NCBI GenBank assembly: GCA_030324005.1
Contig: JARDVH010000124.1
Span: 25,723,028-25,787,027 of the forward strand
Direction of reading: 5' to 3'
Length of the DNA stretch: 64,000 nucleotides
Source of the DNA: Negaprion brevirostris
Lineage: Eukaryota
The position numbers were made by a program, and so were the translations under genes. Under the pieces are notes generated by a model that did not search any database, was not told where the DNA came from, and was given only the letters and a program-made list of their open reading frames with translations. Of the stretch, positions 52,616 through 64,000 are shown in pieces. Within the stretch, counting starts at the first letter, position 1. Each line of letters starts with the position of its first letter.

Positions 52616-54659
52616 AGCTAACAAGGAAATGTCGAGAAGGATTGTTTACAGGGGATAAGACCTGTCCATTCAAATAATACAGGTGCTATAAATTTAAAAA
52701 TCAAATTCAATGTTGCTTTAACACTCCAACTTAATACCCAGCACGATATTCAGCTATGTAGTCCAGGAAGATTCTAAACTCAATTTCGTCTACATTCAGT
52801 TAGTTAATTTGAGCACACAAACTAAACGAACAACTGTGGTTCAGAAAGAAAAGGGAAGAATTAGGCTCAGCTGTCCACGGATACTTCAAGGCTACTTGGG
52901 CAAGATGAAACCACAGCTGTATGCATCAGGAATAAGAACAGAAGAAAATTGTAGGAGAAGGTGGCCTGCAAGAAGTAGTTTCTTACTGAAAACAGACAGG
53001 GAAGCATGTTTGCAAAGTTCCTTTCCAATATCATTGGGAATTATTTTAAGACCATGTTGAAGGCAAATTGAGTGACCAGATTAGCTTCACTGCCATCTTA
53101 AAGTGGCATTATGATGATATTTCATCGCCAGTTCAATCCTCATCCAGATATTGTATAACAATACAACACCATTACAGTTGTGCATTGAAGGAAAAACATA
53201 TTAGGAAGTTCATCATGTGGACAGTTTTGTGTTCAATCATTGCTTGGGGAGTATCGCATTACTGTTAAAAGGTCACTGACAGCTTGGACTCAAATGTTCT
53301 CATTTACAGCCACATGTCCAATATTCCCAATTAAACTGGTGTGCCTGACCACATTTCAAAACATTCATACATTTCTCAATGCTACTATTTATTACTATAT
53401 TAACATGCATTTCTATTTTAACTTCATAACCAAATGATCTGTTTTCCTCCTGGATTAATAAGTGCCAAAGCCAATATTTAGTCAGGCACAGGTCAGAAGG
53501 TTGTATAGCTACCTTTACATTAGAAGCTGTGGGAGACATTTATGTTTGATGGAGCTGTCAACGTGAATATAAAGCCAGTCAAAAAAACTTTCCATTCATT
53601 CTGTTAAACCAAAGCATAGTTGCAGCTGTTAATTTTAGTTCCTGTTAATCTTTATGCATTTTCTATTAAGTTCTTTTGTTTCAAATATAAATATTCCTCC
53701 ACTCTAAGAGTGGATCAGGACAAAAAATACATTTGTGGAACTGATAATTTTACATGGCCTTATGGCCAAATGTTTAGAACTGACTTCAAGATACTCTGCC
53801 ATAATACAAATCATTTACTTCATTCCCTTTTAGATATGCATTCAAAGAACATTTTAATACATACAGTATGGGCACTAAGGAAGTGAATAGTACTCTCTAA
53901 AATCACCGATTAAAATAATAAATCAGAAATCTAGACTTCATTACCTTAACAACAAATTGAGTTGCTCTTTTTATATTTAATCCAGTTATTCACAATTGCA
54001 CAAATGTCAAAAGCCAACAGGTTATCACAACTTGCAGGTCAAGAATGTTGGACAAAAAGCAGATATTGACCCATTACTTCAAATGCATTACAGAGCTATG
54101 GTTCTTTCCAGGAAGTTGTTTGATTAAACTACAACGTTTGGCAGTGGAAATAATTTTCCAGATCTCCAACTACCTGAATATAAAAGGATTACATACATGA
54201 TCCAAATTACCACTGACTGAATTTGTTCACATATCAATCAATATCAAAAAAGGTTCTTACAGTTTAGTCTCTTTCAGTTCCAGCTTTATCAATTTGAATT
54301 CAACTACGACTCAGTGCTTCACAGTGACTCATACTAGTTTATTATTTAATAATGCTTTGTTTAAAGTAGAAGAGAGATTCAATTTATTGCATGAATTGAA
54401 TGCTCAGACAATGGCAATTTATACAACTATCCTCTAGCATCAATCTTATGAATCAGCACATCCTATCATCCCAAAAAAATCTGCATATCCCTACTTTGTT
54501 TTCCGTTAACCGATCTTCAATGCTTAATCCATGTTAATGTTACCCCACGCCCCTCCCCCACCATCCATTTCATAAACTCTAATCTTGCACAACTTCCATT
54601 ACTGAATGCCTTCTGAAAATCCAAATATATTTACTTCACCTCTCCCCAAATCTCTCTTT

Positions 54660-56011
54660 ACAGCAATCTGAGGTCCCTACCTGCTTCAAGATGACGAGCA
54701 TCATCCTGGTACCAAAGAAAAGCCTGGCAGCATGCCTAAATGATAATTGTCTGGTGGTTCTGACATCCATCATTATGAAATGCTTTGAAAGGTTAGTCAT
54801 GGCACAAATCAATTCCTCCTCCTCAGACTGCCCGGATCCACTACAGTTTGCCTATCGCCACAACGGGTCCTCAGCAGCTGCCATCTCCCTTGTCCTACAC
54901 ACAACCCTGGAATGCCTAGATAACAAAGACACCCATGTCAGACTCCTATTCATAGGCTACAGCTCTGCCTTCAACTGTGTTATTCTTAAGAGAATAATCT
55001 CCAAACTTCGTGGTCTGGAGTTCAGCTCCTCGCTCTGCAATTGGATCCTAACCCACAGGCCACAGTCAGTAAGGATAGGCAACAACACCTCCTCCACAAT
55101 CATCCTCAACACCGGTGCTCCACAAGACTGTATCCTCGGCCCCTTACTAAGCTCTTTATACATCATTGATTGTATGGCCAAACTTCCCCTCCAACTTGAT
55201 TTCCAAGTTTGCTGATGACACCACTGTTGTCAAACAATGACGAGACAATACAGGAAAGAGAGTGAGAAACTGGTGAACTGATGTGATGACAGTAATCTCT
55301 CCCTCAATGTCAACAAAACAAAAGGAGATTGCCATGGATTTCTGGAAGCGTAAATGGAGAATATGCCCCTGTCTATATCAATGGGGACTAATTAGAAATG
55401 GTTGAGAACTTCAAGTTTTTAGGTGTCCAGATCACCAACAATCTGTCCTGATTGCCACCATGCGGCAAGTTAAGAAAGCACACCAACATCTCTGGGAATC
55501 TGGCATATCCACTACAACTCTCACTAACTTCTACAGATGCACTCTAGAAAGCATAATTTCTGGTTGTATCACAGCTTGGTATGGCTCCTGCTGTGTCCAA
55601 GACTGCAATAAACCACAAAGGGCCGTGAACAAAGCCCAGTCCATCATTCAAACCAGCCTCCCATTCAGTGACACTGTCTACACTTTGCGCTGCCATGGAA
55701 AAGTTGCCAGCATAATCAAGGACTCCACACAACCCAGACGTACTCTGTTCCACTTCTTCCATGGGGGAAGAGGATATAAAAGTCTGAGGTCACGTATCAA
55801 CTGACTCAAGAACAGCTTCTTCCCTGCTGCCATCAGACTTTTGAATAGACATACCTCACATTAAGTTGATCTTTTACACCCTAGCTATGATTGTAACACT
55901 ACATTCTGCATTCCCTTTTTCTCTCAATATACAGTATGCTTTGTTAGATAAATTATGCATGCAACATATTTTTTTCACTGTATACTAGTACAAATGACAA
56001 TAATAAATCAA
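54660..56011 (+). mobile_element. Rex1/Babar non-LTR retrotransposon RT and 3' end (decayed)
   Basis: ORFs 54691-55215 (PLQFAYR, RLLFIGYSSAFN, GAPQDCILGPLL) and 55460-55804 (NFYRCTLESI..CITAWYG); FADD at about 55208; AATAAATCAAA tail. Confidence 0.93.
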
Positions 56012-57859
56012 AAGATATTTAAATTAAACATGATTCTAGAAGTAATGTCTTATTGACACACTTTATCCAACAGTAAGGAATATGCCAAAGTGAACAATTT
56101 CAAACTGAACATAAATATCTACCATTGTTGCTCAACAAGACATCTGATACAAAAGGTGGAGACCAACAATTTTTAGAACAGAGTAGACTGCCAACAATCT
56201 CCTCCTCCCAGCTTTATGTATTTGCACAAACTCTCAACACATGTGCCTCTAGAGCACACATATTATCCCCAGAACAGAAGCTTGTAAATGTTTAAAAACT
56301 GGCACTGATCTTACAAATTTCTAATTAATTCCTTCATGTAGTAAATGCTCACGTCTTGAAAATAAATGTTCTACTCGTTTGGACACCACTCTAGCTAGTG
56401 GTTGCAACATTGCAATAGTTGCTCCACCAAACTGCAAGCAAGAGGTAAAGTTTACTGTTTCATTTACATGCATAGATCTCAACTGAACTAGAAATGGAAA
56501 ACAATTTCAAATTACTTTAGCTTAAGGGAGGAACAGTTTCAATCAAGTTTATTAAACTAGAACACATATGAAACGAAGGGGGTGAAAATTCAATTTTAAA
56601 AGTACTATCACTGGCAATATCAACAAATTATCCAGACACAACTTCCATTCAACAATGAATTTTCCCTCCTTATATAAATCACCTCTAGACAGGCTCATAT
56701 ACTGTTACACAAAACGTTTGGGTCACATTCAATGCTTGATTTGCCAGTGTTTGTACAGATGTCTCCTGTGACCTTAAACTCTAACCTAAAACATTGATCT
56801 CAAGACCAATAAAACATTCCAGACTAAGTAATATGCATCCCTAAATTTTCAATTGTACATATTTAATTATATTCCCGATTAGGGAAGGGAAGTTGCAATT
56901 TTTAAAAACACAACTAAAGCAACACTATTATTGGGGGGGGGTTCAGAATGAAAAGACCATGAATGTAGCATTTACCAAATCAACTATAAACACCAGAATA
57001 AAATACATGCAGGATTGCTGCCAGTAAGTAATCCAATATTGAAGTGATTTTCTAAGAAAACATGGAACAAAAAAAAAAGGTCATTCAGTCCATTAAGCCT
57101 GCACCTTCCTCAGACAAGTGCAATCTACTCAATATGCAGTTTATAAGAAGCCATAATATCACAATGTCACACAAGGAACTTATTTTGGGGTAGGGAGATT
57201 TGTAGGTGTGCCAGTATGAAATGTTTTTAAATAATTACTATTCACTGACAGCAGCCTACCTAAAAGTAATTAAAGATAATAGAAAATAAAAGGATTGCCA
57301 AATCATATCATTCTAGATATCTATGAACCAAGAATAAAGCCCTGCAGCAGATAATATTTAAGCCCACCTAGATAGTCACTAATGCTTTCATCACTAATGC
57401 ATTTCATCAACTGTCCTCCTTTCAGGTATATTAAGCTTAAACAAAAGAAAATGTATAGATACCCTTCCATGGTTTAGTTTTATCAGGGTGATTTCTACAA
57501 TGAGGGAGAGGAACTTCAGCAATCAGTAACTATGCTTTTGTTGACCAATGAAAATCTGATCAAAAAGCGGATATGCCAAAAGTGAATCCATTTGAAAAAA
57601 ATGCACCATAAAGATTACTCAAATAAGAAAATAGATGAATGAGGACATATGTTGTGCTTCAGAAATCCAAGTTTGACAAATTTCCATCAACACACCTGTG
57701 GAGCCAACCATGATGCAGCATCTGACAGCACAAACAGCATCCACCCAATTGCTGTATGCCTCAGTGGAAGCCAAGCTACTACCGTGCACCATTCCTCACC
57801 ATGGAAGCTCAGACTGCTGCCACTGTGGCTCTGGATAGGGCCCCACAGCACAATCGAAG

Positions 57860-59035
57860 CAGCTACAAAGATCGTGGACCCACTGGTTGAAATTTTTTGT
57901 AACTTGCTAAATTCTGGGAGGGTACCAGAAGATTGCAAACAGCCAATGTGTCACCCTTGTTCAAAAAGAGAAAAGGGCAGAAAGCAGGGAACTATAGACC
58001 AGTTAGTTTAACATCTATTATTGGGAAATAGCTAATCACTTAGGAAAGCTGAATATAATCAAATCCGGTCAACATGGTTTTTTGAAAAGTAAATAATGTT
58101 TGACAAATTTGTTCAAATCCTTTGAGAACGTAACAGGGAGGGTATATGGACAGGAATCTGTAAATGTACATATTTAAATTTCAAAAAGGTGTTTGACAAG
58201 GTGCATGAAGTAAAAGCCCATGGAACTGGAAGAATTGTTAGCATGGATTGAAAACTGGCTGTTACATAGAAAACAGATAGTTTGAATAAATGGGTCCTTT
58301 TCAGAAAGATGTAACTAGTGGAGTACTGCAGGGATTGGTTCTTGCGCAGCAATTGTAACCATTTACATTAACGACTGGAAGAAGGAACAGAAGGCAAGGT
58401 TTCCAAATTGGCTGATGATAGCAAAGATAGGTGGGAGGGCATGTTGTGATGAGGATATTGCACTTCTGTAATGGGATATAGATGAATTGTATGAAAATCT
58501 GTTAGATGGAGTTTAATATGGGCAAGAGTGAGGTCATGAACTTCATTAACAGGAATCAAAAGGCAGATTATCTAAATAGAGAAAGAAACTGCAGGGGACT
58601 GAAGTGCAGATGGATCTAGGTGTTCTAGTGCATGAATTATAAAAAGCAGTCAGGCAGGTCCAACAAGCAGTCAAGATGATTAAGACCAGAAGATTTAAGT
58701 TTAAAGAATAGAGGGCTTTGAGAAAATGGTACAGAAAAGGAGTTGAGGCCGATATAAATCAGCCATAATCGTATTCAATCATGGGACAGGCTTGAAGGGC
58801 TTGCTGGCCTACTCATGCTTCTATTTTCTGGGTTGTGTTTCATAATGGGTTGAGATGAAAGTCAATTCTACATTAATCCAAATGTTTTAAAGGAAATCAG
58901 AAAGATTCTGTCCTCCCACAAGAGAGCAAGGTCATATATTCATTCTTGTTGATCAAAGTTGTTAACTTGCCAATGAGTGGAGAAAACCCGATGGGCCAAA
59001 TGGCCTACTTCTGCTCCTACGACGTATGATCTATT
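57860..59035 (+). mobile_element. CR1 LINE RT/3' fragments
   Basis: SGRVPED, GNYRPVSLTS, FKKVFDKV, LADD-like motif, GGGCCAAATGGCCTACTTCTGCTCC tail. Confidence 0.85.
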
Positions 59036-62000
59036 ATGGACACAAGGCACCCAACAGTAAATGTAAGCTTGCTAACTGTACAATAATTATGGATCAAGTT
59101 GTTTTAAGCCAACACAGCTAATTTTGAGGTTTTAAGATATTCTTAGCAGACATATATATCTCTAGTTAAGTACTTCAATAATTACCCTTTCAAAAGGTGT
59201 TAATCGTGTAATGGATGAAGTAATAATGCAGTTTATGGGTTTCTGTACCTAACTCATTTTTAAATGCCCTGGTAAGGAGAAGTTAACAAATTTGCTCAAT
59301 AGTGTTCTGCGACCCTGGTGTGATTGGTCTCGTTTTGATTACGCATCTGCCAATCAATTTTTAAATTGGAAAACTGAAAACTGTTCAGGTGTGAGCAGAA
59401 TTTTCAACACCTCACTAACCTTAGCTGGGGATGGTAATTTTCCAGCTAATTTTGTGATGTAAAAACACTTCAACATTTATCAGATCTCATTGGACTAACT
59501 CTCCTTCATGGAGTACAGATTTACCTTGTCAGTTTTTTACACTTCAAGTGCATTAAAATGACAACTGTTCATTTTTATCATGCCCTCCTATATGTTTGAG
59601 ATTCAACCTCCAGCACTGAAAATTAGTGTGATATTAAAGGACAAAAACTTTTACCAACAAATACCTCAAGTTTGTAGCTGGTTAATCTATTAGATAGCAC
59701 AGAAGTTTGGAATGTCACAACAGAATAGTACATTATCAAATTTAAAATGTATTTCAACTTTCTCTGCAGTGAGGACACTTCAGGACATGCAAACATGTAT
59801 CATTTTCTTCTCCCCATTAACAGTGGTATATTATCTATTGTGTTCTAATTTTTAAAAATAAAAATCCTGCATCTAAATTACAGGCACAATTTTATTTTAA
59901 AATTTGTAGTGTATTCTCTGATAACAATCTCCCATGTCTTTCCTGCCTTTAAAGCCTTTTCTCCTCCTTCATTGACAGACAGTTTCCTTTTCTCAAATCT
60001 CTTCTGCCAACGGAAATTAGATAGTTGTTTGCCAGATAGGATTATTGTAGGGTATATGGTGCAAGCAGTACAAAGGAACTGCATGGTTCGGATAGTAGTG
60101 CAAAACAGAAATACAGTTTTGAAGAGCCAAATGGCCAGACTATGTTCTACAACTATAGGCTGAATGCATGTGGATTTCTGCTATGTTTGCATGTTTTCAG
60201 GTGTTTAATAACAAAAGGTTAATCTTACCAATTGTAACATTGAAAGATTAATATTACTGTTGATTTAATCAAGAAAATTTGCAACTTGAGAGGTTGAGAA
60301 CACAGTATGTTCATTGTACCACACTATTCACTACGTAACATTCTATGAGAGGTTAGGCACTCAAGAATGTCTGAACCATATTAATCTTAATGAAGGAGTT
60401 CACAACGTAAAAAGAAATTAGAAGTCATCCATTATTTTACTGTATTGAAACCATTCCAAAACATTAGTAAGCATAAACGTTCATTCAGGTCCTGGGAGGA
60501 GTTGTTAACGTAGACGCTAAAACACTACGCATCAATGATTTGTGATGATGTTTGGGAATGGGGACCAGCTTCAGTAACTTTAACAATAAAGGTGGGACAA
60601 GAGAAAAAAAACCTCCTTTCAGGCTTGAGGGATTATACTTAGAGAACAAGAGATAAATAGAAGTGAATTTACAAGACAGCAACCTCAAAAACTATGACAT
60701 AAAAATTAATTAGATTAACTGACTAATCAGTAACTAGGGAGCAAATAATTAAAATCATAAGCAAAAGAAAAAAGGGAAAAACAAAAATCAACTGCTAGGA
60801 GATGGAGTTTTTTTTTTATTCGTTCATGGGTTTTGCTGGTCAAGCCAGCATTTATTGTCCATCCCTAATTGCCCATGGGAAGCTTTCTTGAACTGCTGCA
60901 GACTATGTGAACTGCCAGGTATACAACCAGAAAAATTGCTGAAACAGAACTGATAATAGCTTTAAAAAGGAAAATAAATTAATATTTGCAAAATAAAATC
61001 TTAAAAGAACACCATGAAAGTATAACAAGCATCATGAACGGGATGGGCAAGCATGAGTAAACATCCCTTCGCTCTGACCCAAACTCAAAGGGCAAGGTAT
61101 TGCTCTTGTGAAGTTTTAATATCCCGTTTCATTTTTATGGCACAAGTGATCAAGAATATCAAAGCGTTCTTAATGGTCAAGTGTACTCTTAACCCTGCAA
61201 GCAATTGGCTTGAATGTGAAAGTTGTGCAGCTTCAGATGCTTGCAGGCAACAAAGATAGAAGATTTTAATCTGATAAGTTCATGACAGTTTGTAAACTTG
61301 CCACATTCATCAACCCTCCAAACTCAATGACTATCTTATGAACTTTGCAGAAAAGAGAGCCCTGAGATCAGCCTTTTTAATGAGTTTATATACGTTGCAT
61401 TAACAATGGCTGTTTTCTTCCTTTAGGGGCTTTCTTTGCTGGTAGAAGGCATCGCATACACCAACAACCAATACATACTTGCATGGCGACTGCACATTAG
61501 CTATACTGGAACGTTAAATGGCCAAGAGCTGTTTAATTGGAAATAATAGTATGTAAAAGAACTTTCATTAGTTTTATGAACAAAAATGAGATTCTTTAAA
61601 AATGTTACATAATCAGTAAAAGCAGTAGTACTAAACATCAGTTTTAAAGGTGAAAGTCAAAGCACTTGAATATAGAAAGCAGCAAGCTGGTTAACTAAAG
61701 GCCAAATAATGAGACCACTGTAATAGTCAATAGTAGAAGTTCCCACTGGACAGTTATGAACAGCAGAGTAACTCAAGGATCAGTTCTGAATCCAGTTATT
61801 CACTTAGCAACTAGGCAAAATACATGAGAACTTATGAGAAAATACAAATTGATATGAAAATAGAACATGAGATTCTGGAACTTGAAGGCTGTACCACTGA
61901 GTTAGGTTAAGAATATCAAGGACTTGACAGAACACTGAAATCAACAAAAACTACAAAGTCGAATACAGACTAGTCCAACTTATATCCATGAACTAAACAT

Positions 62001-62870
62001 TAATATTTCAATGAGCACTGTGGCATTAATCTTGCACAATTGTGTAAAAATCCAAATATGCAAGTTAAACTGTTGGTGCATAGAAGAAGTGAGTGTATAA
62101 TCTGTTCAAAATAAATATAAATGGCACTCAATAGCATTATACAGACATACACAGCAAATTAAATTCCATGCTTACTGTCCTCTCAGATAGGAGACTGTAC
62201 TGGCAGTGCCTTTTGCAAAGTTACTGCTTTAACCCGAGAAAATATGTTGAATGCTGAAAATGCATCCTGATTCACATTTTTACAGATAGCACTGGACCTA
62301 TGGATTATTATTAGTCCAGTGACATTATCATCATGCCACCATCCCAGCACATAAGAACAAATTCCAAGTAAATCAAACATTCCACAGCATCAAAACATTG
62401 TTGAAGTGGCAAATAATAGAGGAAAGCACTCGTCGCCATGGTTGTAAGAGTTCCACAGGTGTCCTTGCCGAATAATGCAACTTATCATCAATGTTTTAGA
62501 AGAGTGCAATTTGATAAATATTTCCCTATTTACAGAGATTTCATAGGTAAAGATAAAAATATGGCCACAATAGATATGACAATATAGATATGACCAAATT
62601 TTCTCTTCCTTCATTTTTCTTTCCTTCACAGAACCATTGCGCTTGTCATAATGTTCTGATTACCAAAGATTTTAGTAAAGACCAGTACATACTTCATTTC
62701 TAGTTAAATAGATATTTGAACATTATAGTGCATTAAATGCTTTTAAATAGTAATTTGAAACAAATTATTTGGCTTTGTAACTAAACATTAGTTTTTTTTC
62801 CAAATCATGCCACTTAAATGAATACATTTTAAGAAAGAACCAATAAGTTAACAAATGTGAAGAATTTTAC

Positions 62871-62999
62871 CTCTGATTCACTACATTCATCAGGTGAATC
62901 CTGGTGCACTGCCATCTGATACTTGGCATACAAAGCTGCTGATTGGTTAAAGGATTCAGTGAAATCTGGGTCATCGGAGGAAACCGGCACTAGTTTCAC
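62871..62999 (-). CDS. ATE1: ATE1 (arginyl-tRNA--protein transferase 1) mutually exclusive exon 7, 'VRLVP' type; apparently the downstream alternative (7b by genomic order)
   Basis: Minus strand reads ...ctgaAG|GTG AAA CTA GTG CCG...TCA GAG|GTaaaa. It is exactly 129 nt, phase 0/0, and translates VKLVPVSSDDPDFTESFNQSAALYAKYQMAVHQDSPDECSESE, matching the mammalian ATE1 129-nt alternative exon (VRLVPVSFEDPEFKSSFSQSFSLYVKYQVAIHQDPPDECGKTE, recalled). No second exon-7 copy was seen between it and exon 8. Confidence 0.96.
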
Positions 63000-63101
63000 C
63001 TTCAGCGTAGGAGATCCACGTAAATTTGCAAAGTAAGCAAATAATTGAAAACATTTTCAAAATAGAAAATAAACTTCAAGATTTACCAGATGGTTTTACC
63101 A

Positions 63102-63140
63102 CTGAAGGTAAGAATAGTGCTGGTTCTCCTCCATATCCAG
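63102..63140 (-). promoter_or_regulatory. Intronic splicing-regulatory element complementary to the exon 7 acceptor/5' end (R3-like element)
   Basis: Plus 63102-63125 CTGAAGGTAAGAATAGTGCTGGTT vs transcript acceptor 63005-62982 CTGAAGGTGAAACTAGTGCCGGTT gives 20 Watson-Crick + 1 G-U pairs out of 24, extendable through TCCTCC...CCAG. Confidence 0.8.
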
Positions 63141-63539
63141 TTCAAAAACCCACTCAAATTTATCCTATTCCTATCACCATCAAATAATCTGAACGAATTT
63201 GTATGAGCTAATACATGTGTTTTTCTTCCCACACCCGCTTTGGCAAGAACCAATCTTTTAATTTGTACCCAATGTTACACCAAATCGAGATGATTTCACA
63301 TCGGCCAAGTTTCTAAGCTACTAACAAACCCACACGTTTGCACTTTTCAAATTGACGCCAAATCAGGTTGCTAGGTGGGGCACTCTAATCTGCCTGGCTT
63401 TTCCCTTGTGTGCAACTCACTGCTTGTTGACAAAGTAGCAAAACAAAATTGAGCAAAAGATCATAATGAGACATTTTGCTTCAAATTTTAAAAACATCCA
63501 TTAGTTCCAATGAGTATTTTAGGGCATATTTAAAGCACA

Positions 63540-63835
63540 AGTTTAGCATTACCAATGATTTTTAGACGGGCTTTGGGAGAAAGCTATTCGAGACTTCTTT
63601 CATGGAAGTTTTAGATTAATCATACCTTACTAACAACTCCCTGACAAGGAAGCAATCTTTCCCTATTTACCCTATCAATTACCTTCACAATTTAAAAAAA
63701 CTCCATGAATCTCCTCTTAGCCTTTTCTGTGCCAGTGGAAATATTTACAGTACTGTACAATGTACACAGTTTAAATGCCCTTTCTATAATCGGAGTTCTA
63801 GAAACTAGACATCGTCTTCAAAGTTCAGCTTATAT
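63540..63835 (-). mobile_element. Old CR1 3' remnant in the intron upstream of exon 7
   Basis: CCCTATTTACCCTATCAATTACCTTCACAATTT and TTCTATAATCGGAGTTCTAGAAACT resemble the reversed CR1 RT end. Confidence 0.45.
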
Positions 63836-64000
63836 ATCTTGCCAGGATGATATCCCGCTGCAGTGTCAATCCAGCTGCTCAGTGGGACTTAATTTTAGCA
63901 TTGCTTGGACGAGACCACAAAAATCTTTTATTTTTAAGTATAAATTAAAATGCACATAGCTACGAAAGATTTTTAGTTTTGTGTATTTCTAAACTGGAGA

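Larger units (their letters stand above)
29308..62870 (-). other. ATE1: ATE1 intron between exon 7 and exon 8 (33,563 bp as assembled, GT-AG)
   Basis: Bounded by the GT at 62870-62869 and the AG at 29309-29308; repeat-rich interior. Confidence 0.9.

Noticed and set aside
62290-62321. 8-bp hairpin CACTGGAC/GTCCAGTG downstream of exon 7
   Set aside because: Falls in what looks like a reversed SINE head remnant (TGGATTATT..AGTCCAGTGACATTA..GCCACCATCCC).
63105-63113. Strong plus-strand donor AAG|GTAAGA suggesting an antisense exon
   Set aside because: Explained by the inverted exon-7 acceptor copy; no matching acceptor or ORF upstream.
192-63959. ORFs in the supplied six-frame track as host genes
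   Set aside because: They are short chance ORFs, N-gap read-throughs, microsatellite translations or transposon fragments; the real ATE1 exons are not in the track.

Overview
This is eukaryotic, not prokaryotic, DNA: an AT-rich, gapped vertebrate scaffold whose repeats (HE1/V-SINE-type, Deu-domain SINEs, CR1, L2, Rex1, Gypsy, Penelope-type) point to a shark or other cartilaginous fish. Almost the whole window is intron of the arginyl-tRNA-protein transferase gene ATE1 on the minus strand. Only two coding exons are visible and the ORF track misses both: a 129-nt mutually exclusive exon 7 (62871-62999, VKLVPVSSDDPDFTESFNQSAALYAKYQMAVHQDSPDECSESE) and the 33-nt exon 8 (29275-29307, YTRFLCQSPLQ), separated by a 33.6-kb intron. 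The main finding is an intronic element about 100 nt upstream of that exon 7 (63102-63140). It is an inverted near-copy of the exon's splice acceptor and 5' end and also resembles the start of the other exon-7 variant, so it is an apparent shark counterpart of the competing R1/R3/R4 RNA-structure switch described for human ATE1. Other notable items are a poly(A)-tailed structured element with a U2-snRNA-derived head, TSD-flanked palindromic Penelope-type elements carrying minimal hammerhead ribozyme motifs, a fold-back-inverted Gypsy fossil, a hAT MITE and a ~29-bp minisatellite. Repeat boundaries are approximate (read by eye), and homologies rest on recalled reference sequences, not database searches.
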